Source of the DNA: a virus
Taxonomy: Duplodnaviria > Caudoviricetes
DNA: 35,050 nt
Virus record (IMG/VR): IMGVR_UViG_3300032270_000729
Location: 1 to 35,050 of that record
Direction: 5' to 3' (one strand)
The position numbers and the translations under genes are program-made. Positions 12,314 through 23,400 of the stretch are shown here, piece after piece (the first letter of the stretch is position 1; the number at the start of each line of letters is the position of its first letter). The notes under the pieces were generated by a model. The model searched no databases, was not told where the DNA came from, and was given only the letters and a program-made list of their open reading frames with translations.

Positions 12314-12430
12314 ATGCCCCTGGACCTTTTTGAGGAACTGTGTTATATTTGTGAGTGTCTGTGGGAAACTGTAAATATAATTGGTTCCCATTATATGAAA
12401 AAATTTCCCCAGGATAAAAATGGTCTATAA
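12314..12430 (+). CDS. possible small protein, 38 aa (MPLDLFEELCYICECLW...)
   Basis: ATG at the end of a repeated CCCAGG(A)TAAAAATG module; the longer track start (12107) runs through the promoter. Confidence 0.4.
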   Translation: MPLDLFEELCYICECLWETVNIIGSHYMKKFPQDKNGL

Positions 12431-12602
12431 GTTGATTGCAAGGGACAGGGTATTTTGTGAGGGCACCCTTTCAGAATGCCAGAAAACCCTCACAGGCATA
12501 TCCCAGATGATTAGTGCAGGGTTTTCCACTGACTTTCAAGTAGAAGAGTTTCTGATAATGAATGTGATAAACAGTGAGGAGGAACTAAATGAAACTCTTT
12601 AA
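12420..12602 (+). CDS. hypothetical protein
   Basis: ORF track; AGGA upstream. Confidence 0.7.
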   Translation: MVYKLIARDRVFCEGTLSECQKTLTGISQMISAGFSTDFQVEEFLIMNVINSEEELNETL

Positions 12603-12771
12603 GGTGTGTTTTCAGTTGTGGAAAGATCTGATGACTTATGATGGGACTGACCCTGAATGGGACTTTGAAGATTATCAAGGTATTTTTTGGGATTATCTAA
12701 ATTACTCTTACATTAGACCTGAGTGGAGCATATGGCAAAGAAAATCACCTTGGGATGATAATTATGAATAA
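12589..12771 (+). CDS. hypothetical aromatic-rich protein
   Basis: GAGGAGG upstream of ATG. Confidence 0.75.
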   Translation: MKLFKVCFQLWKDLMTYDGTDPEWDFEDYQGIFWDYLNYSYIRPEWSIWQRKSPWDDNYE

Positions 12772-12919
12772 GTTTGTCGTCATCCTATCATCTCTTGTAG
12801 ATGGTGCAACAGTTAGAATACAGTTTCTTGTGAATAGTGATATGAGTTCTAAACAACTTGCAACTTATTATAAATGTAAGAGTATTACTATTAGTAACGT
12901 TGAGGTTTTACCAGCATGA
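12764..12919 (+). CDS. hypothetical protein, 51 aa (MNKFVVILSSLVDGATVRIQF...), absent from ORF track
   Basis: Manual translation; fills the gap and is ATGA-coupled to the next gene. Confidence 0.6.
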   Translation: MNKFVVILSSLVDGATVRIQFLVNSDMSSKQLATYYKCKSITISNVEVLPA

Positions 12920-13290
12920 TTTTCTCTAAATCACTATTAGCAACAGATAAAAAGAAAACCACACTCAATTGGTATGAATATTGGATCGGTCATTGTTGGA
13001 TGACAGGATGGCAGAGCATCAGAAGTACCTTCAGAATCTGGTCTGACCTGATGCAAAGCAACTATGAGGGGTATGCCCTAATGAACTACGACGACCCCTT
13101 TACAGAGTGTCGTGAGTGGTTCTGGGCATCATTGAATGAGGATGATGTTTATCCAAAAGAGTTTCTTGAATATCTTTATCAATTAATGGATGATATTGAT
13201 ACTGGAAAGGAAAAACTAATTCCATTGGATGAAGATTTATTTGATAGATTAAAGAATCTTACTGATGATGTAGATCTTGACGAGAACTAA
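12916..13290 (+). CDS. hypothetical Trp-rich phage protein
   Basis: ORF track; 124 aa. Confidence 0.8.
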   Translation: MIFSKSLLATDKKKTTLNWYEYWIGHCWMTGWQSIRSTFRIWSDLMQSNYEGYALMNYDDPFTECREWFWASLNEDDVYPKEFLEYLYQLMDDIDTGKEKLIPLDEDLFDRLKNLTDDVDLDEN

Positions 13291-13343
13291 ATAAAGCAGT
13301 ATCATTGATTTGATACGTATCTAAATCAAAAATTGAAATTTTT

Positions 13344-14099
13344 ATGGCTAAAGGATTTACTGTAAAAGCAAAACAAACCACAGAGGAAGAACAACCTCTG
13401 TTTAATAAAGAAGAATGTCTAGAGCGAATTAGAGGTAAGAGCATTGTATTTTGTCTTCCAGGACGTGGGGTTTCATATATCTTTTTGAAGAACTTTGTAC
13501 AACTGTGCTTTGATTTGGTACAGGCAGGTGCAAGTATTCAAATTTCTCAAGACTATAGTTCAATGGTAAACTTTGCACGATGCAAAGTTCTTGGTGCAAA
13601 TGTACTGGCAGGTCCTGATCAGATTCCCTGGCAGGGTAAACTGAATTATGACTATCAACTCTGGATTGATAGCGATATTGTCTTTAGCACAGATGCATTC
13701 TGGGCAATTTTTGCCATGGACAAGGATATTGCAGCAGGTTGGTATGCCACAGAAGATGGTAGAACTACCTCAGTTGCGCACTGGTTGGAAGAGGACGACT
13801 TCAAGAAAAATGGAGGCGTCATGAATCATGAGATGGTAGACACCATTACCAACAGAAAGAAACCATTCACTGTGGATTACACAGGCTTTGGTTGGGTTCT
13901 GATTAAGAATGGCGTCTTTGAACATGCAGATATGAAGTATCCATGGTTTGCCCCTCAGATGCAAGTCTTTGACTCTGGTGAGGTTCAGGACATGTGTGGG
14001 GAAGATGTTTCCTTCTGCCTGGAAGCCAAGAAGTGTGGTTTTGAGATTTGGTGTCATCCACAAGTTCGTGTAGGACATGAAAAAACAAGAATCATTTAG
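13344..14099 (+). CDS. glycosyltransferase-like (GT-A fold) conserved phage protein
   Basis: LWIDSDIVF (DxD), TGFGWVLIK, GEDVSFC and VGHEK motifs; ACTAAATA at 13286-13293 upstream. Confidence 0.8.
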   Translation: MAKGFTVKAKQTTEEEQPLFNKEECLERIRGKSIVFCLPGRGVSYIFLKNFVQLCFDLVQAGASIQISQDYSSMVNFARCKVLGANVLAGPDQIPWQGKLNYDYQLWIDSDIVFSTDAFWAIFAMDKDIAAGWYATEDGRTTSVAHWLEEDDFKKNGGVMNHEMVDTITNRKKPFTVDYTGFGWVLIKNGVFEHADMKYPWFAPQMQVFDSGEVQDMCGEDVSFCLEAKKCGFEIWCHPQVRVGHEKTRII

Positions 14100-14250
14100 A
14101 ATTCTGTGTGCTGGTAGGGTCCTTTACCAGTATCTCTCTCAAGAAGAGATGTTTGAGGTAATGGATGAACTGTCTCAACAATATTATGAGACAGGGGTTC
14201 CCAAACCAGAGGACCTTGTGGTAGAATGTACAAGTGATTTAGAGGAGTAA
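14077..14250 (+). CDS. hypothetical protein, 57 aa (MKKQESFRILCAGRVLYQYLSQEEMF...), absent from ORF track
   Basis: Manual translation; fills the gap. Confidence 0.7.
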   Translation: MKKQESFRILCAGRVLYQYLSQEEMFEVMDELSQQYYETGVPKPEDLVVECTSDLEE

Positions 14251-14253
14251 ATT

Positions 14254-14394
14254 ATGGCAAAGCGTCCATCACTGACCAGTAAAGTTGTTATTGAAAGCAA
14301 ACCCAAGAAGACTCGTCAAGGTCGTTCTCAAAATACCAAACTCTCTGCCACTTCCAGCAATGGCAGGAAGAAGCGTTATAGAGGTCAAGGTTGA
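14254..14394 (+). CDS. small highly basic protein ending KKRYRGQG, 46 aa, absent from ORF track
   Basis: GAGGAG SD; a C-terminal motif I recognise from small basic phage proteins. Confidence 0.8.
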   Translation: MAKRPSLTSKVVIESKPKKTRQGRSQNTKLSATSSNGRKKRYRGQG

Positions 14395-14400
14395 TAATAT

Positions 14401-14438
14401 AAAGAGGGTGCTTAAATAGAATTAAGCACTCTTTTTTT
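14401..14438 (+). terminator. rho-independent terminator containing a late-promoter-like TAAATA
   Basis: GTGCTTAA-atagaa-TTAAGCAC flanked by AAAGAG and TCTTTTTTT. Confidence 0.75.
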
Positions 14439-14440
14439 AT

Positions 14441-14902
14441 ATGTTTTCGGAAAAAGAAAAAAATATATTGCAATGGATTAAAGAAGTTTCTAAAATCAGA
14501 CCTGAATTAAATGGATTTGCAATATGTCCTTTTGCATCAAACTCAATATTTAAGATTATAGAGTGCCCAGCAGAAGAAATCATTCCACTTGGTGGGTATA
14601 ATGTTATTATTTTTATTGTAGAAGACTATTTTGATCTTGATGCTGTTCAATTTTGGGTCAATTATCACAACTCTAAACATAAAAATTGGAAATTTTTTGA
14701 AGATTGTGCGCATTATGACACCTTTATTAGCGACATAAAGACTAATAATGGAAAATATAACTTAATATTAGCACAACCAAAAGATGAACTGAGAAAATTT
14801 AGAGAAAGTTTAGCAAAAACTTCATATTATGATCTTTGGGATGATGAATATCTTCAAGAAATTTTAGAAGATGATTATGATATAATTAAAAGTAAGGGAT
14901 AG
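14441..14902 (+). CDS. hypothetical protein (CPFA motif, loosely DUF1415-like)
   Basis: LNGFAICPFA near the N-terminus; the family call is weak. Confidence 0.7.
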   Translation: MFSEKEKNILQWIKEVSKIRPELNGFAICPFASNSIFKIIECPAEEIIPLGGYNVIIFIVEDYFDLDAVQFWVNYHNSKHKNWKFFEDCAHYDTFISDIKTNNGKYNLILAQPKDELRKFRESLAKTSYYDLWDDEYLQEILEDDYDIIKSKG

Positions 14903-14943
14903 GAACCCCTTAAAAAGTTCTAATTCACACTGAATTAGGAAAA

Positions 14944-15189
14944 ATGGCAAATTCACCTGTAGATAGAAACAAAGATTACATGTATCAGATGTGGGGAACC
15001 ACAAATTTAGTCACTGATTACAATGCTAAGATTGAAAAAAGGACTATTCAAGAGATTATGCATGATGATGTTCCCAAAAATAAGCATTTTTTGAAGGAAC
15101 AAGCAGAATTACATGAGAAAATTCGTAATGACGAAGATTATGACGACTGGAGTTATGGTACTGAACCAACCTATGGGAAACCACAATAA
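14944..15189 (+). CDS. hypothetical phage protein
   Basis: ORF track; its SD lies in a hairpin. Confidence 0.75.
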   Translation: MANSPVDRNKDYMYQMWGTTNLVTDYNAKIEKRTIQEIMHDDVPKNKHFLKEQAELHEKIRNDEDYDDWSYGTEPTYGKPQ

Positions 15190-15192
15190 ATA
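15185..15192 (+). promoter_or_regulatory. T4-type late promoter-like AATAAATA
   Basis: Upstream of gp25; similar to the T4 late consensus TATAAATA. Confidence 0.65.
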
Positions 15193-15218
15193 AAAGTAAT
15201 GTATTTTAGTAGTCGCAG

Positions 15219-15623
15219 GTGCCTTTAGAAAATATTTCAAGAGGATTTAAAGATATCAGCTTGTCTTTTCTAAGGCATCCTGTGACCAATGACATTGGAA
15301 CACTCTCAAATGAGGATGCAATCAAGCGATCTGTAGTCAATTTAGTCAGAACAAGAGTTGGTGAAAGATTCTTTAACTCACTTTTAGGATCAAAGGTAGA
15401 AACTTACTTTTTTGAACTTGCAGATAGTGGTATTGTAGACCCTTTACAAGAAGAAATTAGAACTGTTTTATCTAACTTTGAACCAAGAGTTGTAGTCAGA
15501 GATGTAAATGTTGCATTATATCCTGAAGATAATGAGTTAGATGTCAGCATCATATATGATATTGTTGGACTTGCTGTTCCAACACAAGCAATTAACTTCA
15601 TATTACAACCCACAAGATACTAA
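15219..15623 (+). CDS. gp25: baseplate wedge subunit gp25
   Basis: FKDISLSF..HPVTNDI, AIKRSVVNLVRT..GERFFNSLLGS and FEPRV motifs; position before gp6. Confidence 0.93.
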   Translation: MPLENISRGFKDISLSFLRHPVTNDIGTLSNEDAIKRSVVNLVRTRVGERFFNSLLGSKVETYFFELADSGIVDPLQEEIRTVLSNFEPRVVVRDVNVALYPEDNELDVSIIYDIVGLAVPTQAINFILQPTRY

Positions 15624-17497
15624 TGGCATTTACAGATTTCACTAATCTGGATTTCGATCAGATTAGAGCCTCTATTAAAGATTACTTAAGAGCAAATTCA
15701 ACCTTTAGCGACTTTGATTTTGAAGGTTCTAACTTTTCTATTCTGATTGATATACTTGCCTATAACAGTTATTTGACTGCCTACAACACCAATATGGTGG
15801 CAAATGAGGCATTTCTTGATAGTGCAACCCTTAGAGAGAATGTAGTCTCTCTTGCAAGGAACATAGGGTTCGTTCCACAGTCAAGAAAAGCAGCAAAAGC
15901 AAATATTTCTTTTATTGTAACAGGTCTTAATCCATCAATTAAAACCTTAACTCTTAATTCAGGTATAGTTTGTACAGGTTCATTAGATAATACTAGTTAC
16001 ATTTTTTCAATTCCAGAAGATATTACTGTTGGTGTATCAAATCAAGAAGCAGTTTTTTCTGAAATTGACATTTATGAAGGAACATACCTCACAAAAACAT
16101 TTTCAGTAAACAATTCTCAACCAAATCAGAAATTTATTATACCAAATCCTTATGTAGATACCTCTACAATCAGGGTAACTGTCAGTAATGGTGGAACTAA
16201 TGAGCAATATACTGCAGTAGATAACATTGTTGGCATCAATTCTACCTCACAAATCTTCTTAATTCAAGAAATTTCTGATGAAACTTATGAACTTTTCTTT
16301 GGCGATGGCATTTTTGGGAAAAAATTAAGCAATGGCGATCAAATTAGCGTCTCCTATGTTGTCACTAATGGTCCAGCAGGTAATGGTGCATCTAATTTCA
16401 CATTCTCTGGGTCATTTACAGACAATTCTAGTGCCTCAGTGACACCTCCTGTAGGGGTTGTGGTCACAAATACACCTGCACAAAATGGCGATAACATTCA
16501 ATCTACAGAATCTGTAAGATATTATGCTCCAAGACTGTATGCATCACAGTATAGAGCAGTCACAGCAGGCGACTATGAAGCAATTTTACCATCAATTTAC
16601 CCAAATATTGAATCAGTCACTGCATATGGAGGAGAAGAGTTAAATCCTCCACAATATGGAAAGGTTTTTATTGCAGCAAAACCAAAAAATTCAGATTACT
16701 TATCAGAAGCAACCAAAGAATCTATTTTAAATTCTCTTAAAAAGTATTCAGTAGCAGGAATTAAACCTGAATTTGTAGATATCAATGTTGTTTATGTGGA
16801 ACTTGACTCTACAGTTTACTATAATGCAAATTATATTGGTTCAGTAAGTGATCTTCAAACACAAATCACAAATTCTTTAACAACTTATTCTAATTCCACT
16901 GATTTGAATAAATTTGGAGGAAGATTCAAATATAGTAAAGCTTTAAGAGTTATTGATGCTACTAATAATTCAATTACATCTAATATTACTAAGGTTAAAA
17001 TTAGAAGGAATGTAGGGACTATTTTAAATGACCCTACAAAATATTATGTGTGCTTTGAAAATAGATTTCATACAGATGAAGGTGGATACAATATTAGGTC
17101 TTCAGGATTCTATGTGAAGGGGATTCCTGATATAGTTTATATTTCTGACTCACCAAACTCAGACATGAAAACTGGCAGACTATTCCTATTTTCTCTCAGT
17201 GCAGGTCAAGTTACAGTTCAATCAAATAACATAGGAACTGTTGATTATGTCAATGGAATTTTGAATATAGATAATATAAATGTATCTTCTACATTAAAAC
17301 CAAATAACATTATTCAAATTGAAGCAACACCATATTCAAATGATATCATTGCCAAAAAATCAGTTTATTTAAAACTGGACATTGGTGAAAGTATTATTTC
17401 ATTAGAGAAAGATATAGTTTCTTCTGGTGAAAATGCTTCTGGAAGTAGATTTACACCTGAATCAAGTTATCTGTCTGGAACCAAAATAAGAAATTAA
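15623..17497 (+). CDS. gp6: baseplate wedge subunit gp6
   Basis: LDFDQIRASIKDYL, DFDFEGSNFSILIDILAYN, FLDSATLRENVVSLARNIG, FGDGIFG, RAVTAGDY. Confidence 0.95.
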   Translation: MAFTDFTNLDFDQIRASIKDYLRANSTFSDFDFEGSNFSILIDILAYNSYLTAYNTNMVANEAFLDSATLRENVVSLARNIGFVPQSRKAAKANISFIVTGLNPSIKTLTLNSGIVCTGSLDNTSYIFSIPEDITVGVSNQEAVFSEIDIYEGTYLTKTFSVNNSQPNQKFIIPNPYVDTSTIRVTVSNGGTNEQYTAVDNIVGINSTSQIFLIQEISDETYELFFGDGIFGKKLSNGDQISVSYVVTNGPAGNGASNFTFSGSFTDNSSASVTPPVGVVVTNTPAQNGDNIQSTESVRYYAPRLYASQYRAVTAGDYEAILPSIYPNIESVTAYGGEELNPPQYGKVFIAAKPKNSDYLSEATKESILNSLKKYSVAGIKPEFVDINVVYVELDSTVYYNANYIGSVSDLQTQITNSLTTYSNSTDLNKFGGRFKYSKALRVIDATNNSITSNITKVKIRRNVGTILNDPTKYYVCFENRFHTDEGGYNIRSSGFYVKGIPDIVYISDSPNSDMKTGRLFLFSLSAGQVTVQSNNIGTVDYVNGILNIDNINVSSTLKPNNIIQIEATPYSNDIIAKKSVYLKLDIGESIISLEKDIVSSGENASGSRFTPESSYLSGTKIRN

Positions 17498-17498
17498 G

Positions 17499-20400
17499 AT
17501 GAATCAAGAAAAGAAAGTAGTTAAAATTAGTGATGTAGTTCAAAATCAAATTCCAGAGTTTATTCTTTCAGAGAATCCAAACTTTGTAGAATTTTTTAAA
17601 CAATACTATATTTCTCAAGAATTTCAAGGTTCTAATGTAGATATTGCAGAGAATCTAATATCTTACAAAGATTTAGATAGCTTTGATTTAACTAATTTAA
17701 TTTCAGAAACTACACTATCTTCAGATGTAGATTTTTTTGATGACGTAATTAATGTAGAGTCAACTGCAGGTTGGCCTAATGAATATGGATTGTTAAAAAT
17801 TGATAATGAAATCATAACATATACAGGAATTACATCAACTTCATTTATTGGATGTATTCGTGGATTTAGTGGGATTTCATCTTTAACTCAAGAAAACAAT
17901 CCAGAATTTTTAGTATTTTCTCAAACAGAATCTTCAGAGCATTCTTCAAATTCTACTGTTCACAATTTAAGCAATCTTTTTCTAAAAGAATTTTTTGCAA
18001 AAATTAAATATCAATTTACACCAGGATTTGAGGAGCGTGAATTTGCTCCACAAATTAATCCTCAAAACTTTATTAGTAAAGTTAAATCATTCTATCAAAC
18101 TAAAGGAACAAATGAAGCTTTTAGTATTTTGTTCAAAGTTTTATATGCAGAGAATGTAAAGGTAATTAAACCAGATGATTATTGCTTCACACCTTCTGAT
18201 GATAAATGGAAGTCTGTAGAAACTTTTGTTTGTGAACTCATAAGTGGCAATCCACTCAACATTAAAGGGCAAACTTTATATCAAGATGAATTTTCTGAGC
18301 ATAATATTGGCAAAGCTTCTGGATCAATTTATGATGTTCAGTTGTTCAAAGATAATAGAAAAGATTTTTATAAATTACAAATATTTTCTGGTTATTCAAA
18401 CAATTTAAATCCAAAAGGTAGTATTAGTGGAACTTTTGTATCTACTCCAAAAACATTCGTAGTAGAAACTGTAGATCCTAGCTCTTCTGTAATTACTGTT
18501 GATTCTACTGTAGGATTTGAAAATTCTGGAACATTAGAAATTGGATCCTTAACAGTTACTTACACTAATAAAACTAATAATCAATTTTTAGGGTGTTCTG
18601 GAGTTAGCACTCAAATTTTAAGGACCACAGAAGTATTTTCTAATCATTATGTTTATGCATATGATAAAGATTTATCAACTGCTGTAAAATTTAGAGTTTA
18701 TAATGTCCTTTCCAAATATGAAGATTCTAATGGGTTATTCCTGACAGAAGGAGATCCAATTAAAATTGAATCATTAGGATCTACTGAATCATCTAATTTT
18801 TTAAATTCATTAGTTTATAATTTACCTACTAGTATTTTTGTTGGCAAAGCTGTAAGTGATTTAACTCCACAGATTAGAAATAATCAAAAAGAAGGATTGT
18901 CTATATCAACAGGAAATGTTCTTTGTAAATATCCACATTATCTGAGAACTGGTGATTTTGTAAGCCTCTATTTAAAAACAGGAAATATTCCTATTTTAAT
19001 CAATGCTCAAGTTACTGTCATAAATTCAAAAGAATTTTTAATTCCAGCAGGATCATTACCACAAAATATTTTAGGGAAAAGAATTCTTGTTAGAAGATCT
19101 TTGAAAAAATCTCCTTATGCAAATTTAAATTTATGTGCAAACATACAAGATTCTTATGTAGATGATGATTCTTATTATTTGACCACAAATGGTCTTCCAG
19201 ACTATCAAATTGCCCCATTTGATTTTACATCTACATTTTTCTCAAATATTCCATATGCTTTAGATTCTTTTGGTTATGTTGAAAGTTATTTGAAAACTGG
19301 TGATGAAGTATCAGTAGTAGATTATTCATCTTCACCTGGATTTAGAAATGAAGTTGGGATTTCTACTGGAAGATCATATTTTATTACAAGGATAAACACT
19401 TTCCAAGTTAGTTTATCAGAATCTAGAGAAAATGTTGGCGTTTCATCTTACATCACATTTTTTGAATATAACACCAAAGGGATTTTTTCTGGTAAGATAA
19501 CTAGCATTGAGTTACAACGCACATCACATTATAACAAAGAATTTAGTTCAGGAAAACTATTTAAAAAATTTCCAAAATCTCCAAAAATAGCAGAAACAAA
19601 GACAAAAACAACTCCTGGAAGTTTGGGCATTTTTGTTAATGGTATAGAATTAAAGAATTATAAATCATATGATAAATTTTATTATGGGGAAATAGAATCA
19701 GTAACTGTATTGAATTCTGGTTCTGGGTATGATTTAACAAATCCCCCTAAAATTGATGTTGAAAATGGAACTAATAGCAATATCATACCAAATTTAAAAG
19801 GAAACATAGTAAAAATAATAGTAGAAGATCCTGGATTTGATTACATAGAAACTCCTACAGTATCAGTTTTAGGCGGAAATAATTCTTCTGTTGTTACAGA
19901 AGTTAAGATGAAAAATATCTTTAATGAAATCAAGTTCAATGCCACTACTAAAGATACTGTAATTGACACTGTTAATGATATTTTTAAATTTAAGTCTCCA
20001 CACAGATTTGTTACTGGAGAACCAGTAATTTATAAAAATTACAAGTCAACACCAATTGGAATTGGAACAGTTGTTGCAGATGGATCTCTGATAGATGATT
20101 CAATTTATTATGCAGTCAACATTGGAGCAGGGACTTCAATGAAACTTGCATTTCATAAAAATGATGCTCTGCAAGGAACTAATTTAATTTCTCTTAGGAC
20201 TTATGGTGGGGGATCTCAAAGTTTTATTTCAGTTGATAAAAAACAAGTCATTGATCAGGTTAACATTATTCAAAATGAAGGTCAATTTGAGTATAAAAAA
20301 ATATCTTTCCTTGCAGAAAATGTCAATGTTCTTGATAATATCATCACAATAAAGAATCATGGGTTTGCTTCTGATGAAGAGGTTGTTTTTAGTTTTAAAC

Positions 20401-23400
20401 CTTTAACTGGATTCCAAGGATCTACTATAACAGGATTAAGCACTGCAACAAATTATTACATTGATAAAATTGATGATGATAGTTTTAGACTTTCCACATC
20501 AAAAACTACAGCAAATATTGTAAACTTTACATCTGTAGATTATTACACCACATACTTTATAGAATATTCTCCAATTAGGGTAAACATATCAGGAACATTG
20601 TCTGTAACTGGAGTAACTACAGTTGGATATGGAGCATCTCTTGCTGCATTAGTTCAGGGGTCAGTAGTTGGTGCTTTTGTTCAGCAAAATCCAAATGTAA
20701 ACAATTCTATTGATAAATTTGGATCACAGGAAATAGTTAATTGGGAAGATAATCCAAAATTAACTATTATAGAAGGATCTGGAGCTTCATTTAAACCATT
20801 AGTAATTGATGGGGTTATAAAAAAAGTAATTGTAAAATCTTCTGGATCAGGATATTTTAATACTTTTGAATTTGTAATCACTGGCGATGGATTTGGAGCA
20901 AAACTTTATCCAATTATTAATAATGGTCAAATTGTTGATGTTATTGTAGTTAATGGAGGAGTAAATTACTCTTCAACAAATACAAGGATAGATATAACTC
21001 CTGTAGGAACAGGTGCTAGATTGAAAGCAAATATAAAATCTTGGACTGTTAATGGAGCAGAAAAATATGGGTTTAGTACTATTGAAGATGGATTAATTTT
21101 TGGAAAAAATTATTCTCTCTTAGGAACTAGTTATGGAGTATATCATCTAAATGAAAAATTAAGAAACTTCTTTAATATTCTCAATTCCCCAACAACACAT
21201 TCTCCAATTGTAGGTTGGGCTTATGATGGTTGTCCCATTTATGGACCATATGGATATACAAATCCTAATGGATCTGGTGGGATCTCAAGAATGAGAAGTG
21301 GTTATGCATATCAAAATACCACTGGAATTGCAGAAAATCTAGTAGAAGAATACTACTACAGTCCAACTATTGGAACTTTAGACAAATATAATGGAAGATA
21401 TTGTGTTACACCAGAGTATCCTAATGGAGTATATGCATATTTTTGTACATTTGATGCTAACAATGTGCCAGAGTTTCCTTATGTAATAGGACCAGAATAT
21501 AATTTTACTCCAGTTGATGAAAATTTTGATTTAAAACAAACGCAAGAAATAAATTTTAATGATTTAGACATTGTAAAATGTACTAATCCATACAGAATTG
21601 AGGACGATCAATTTAGATATGAGTATTTTGACTTTTTCCCAAATCAAAATGAAAATGATTTAATTGTACAAAAAACTTCTTCTGGATCTGTAGATGAAAT
21701 AACAATCTTAGATGGTGGAACTGGATATGAAGTTGGAGATTCTATAATTTTTGATAATACTAACAATACTGGATTTGGGGCAATAGCTAAAGTTTCTGAG
21801 ATTGATGGAGTTGGAGTAACTACTATTACTACTCAAACTACTATCATTCCCAATTTAACTTTTATTTCTAGTGGAAATATTGTAGTTGGAATAGCATCAA
21901 CATACCACTCATTAAAAAATGGATCTTATGTAACTTTAACTGGAATTTCAACATCTTCTTTCAAAGATATAGAAGGAATTCAAAATATTGTGGTAGGTGA
22001 TGTTTCATCTACTTTATCTTCTGGAATTTCTTCTGTTAGCACAACAGGAATAGTAACATCAATTCAAATTAATGATAAATTAGATTATTTTGATATAGAT
22101 TCACAGTTACTCATGAACGGTGAAATTGTAAAAGTAATTGGAAAGGACTATAAAAATAACTTACTTAATATTTTAAGACCTCCAGGTGGAATATCTCATT
22201 TAAAATCAGAAGCTATTACACTATTACCTAATAAATTCCAATTCTTATCAAAAGATCCTATCCCCACAAATACCATTAAAAATGAATCTTATTATTTTTA
22301 TTCTTCTCAATCAATTTCTATTGGAACAACAGTTTCTGTTGGATTAGGAAATACTTTGACAATTTATCCTTTAGGAGTTGGGGTGTCATATACAAAATAT
22401 GTTCAGCCTGGAGGAATTTATTTACCAAATAATAAATTTAATACTGGAGATAAAGTAGTTTACACAGCAGGAGCCACTAGCATAATAACTAACAAAGGAG
22501 GTTTGTCTTCTTTAGCAGAATTATACATTTTAAAAATATCTGATGATGTAATTGGTATTGTTACATTTAAATCACAAATTTCTAATATTGACAACATATT
22601 AACTTACACATCTTCAGGATCTTCAGATCTTCACAAATTTGAATCAGACAGAGAAGTTGTTAAGGGAGATTTGAAGAATATTTCATGCGTGGTATCCACA
22701 GCATCCACTCATAGGTTGCACGTAAATGATGTTGTTGATTTAAAAGTCACTTCTGGGATAACTACGACTTTTAATGTGACATTTAATGATGATAGAGTAA
22801 AAATAAATTCTGCAACTAATCCAAAAATTGATGTTTATTCTAATGATGTTGTGGTGTTCAATTTATCAAGTCCAACATTGAGTGGGAAGACTTTTAATCT
22901 TTATGAAGATGAAAAGTTCTTAAATCCATACGTTGGAAACAAATTTAATGGCATTGAAGTTTCCAAAACATCTACACAATTAACATTGACAATTAGTGAA
23001 CATACTCCAAAAACTTTATATTACAAATTGACAGGATCAATAAATGATATATCAGTAGAAGATCATAATAAATTGGTAATTAATGACAGTTTGTATAATT
23101 TTAAAACTACTGTCTTTTCTCTTACAAGTCTTTCATTTACAGTAAACTTAAATACTGTACCTGAAAGATTACTCTATACTTCTCCCTCAATTTTATCATA
23201 TTCAGTATTGTCCAAAAATGTCTTTGGTCCAATATCTAAAATTGAAATGGTATCAAAGGGGTTTAGTTATACTAAATTACCTCAAATTTTAAGGGTTGAT
23301 AGCAATTTTGGATCTGGTGCATCTTTATTTGCAAATAGCTATTCTATTGGAAAAATTGAAAAAGTAAAAGTTAATAATACCTCATTAATATGTCCTTTTG

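Noticed and set aside
12522-12625. Extra DnaA-like boxes TTTTCCACT (12522) and TGTGGAAAG (12617)
   Set aside because: Each has one mismatch, lies in coding sequence and is over 400 bp from the cluster; not counted.
1272-15613. Minus-strand ORFs in the track (e.g. 1411-1806, 3463-4023, 7092-7463, 10016-10600, 10542-10985, 13770-14078)
   Set aside because: They lie antisense to well-supported, tightly coupled + strand genes; their shared HTCMIA motif is just the reverse translation of the promoter repeat.
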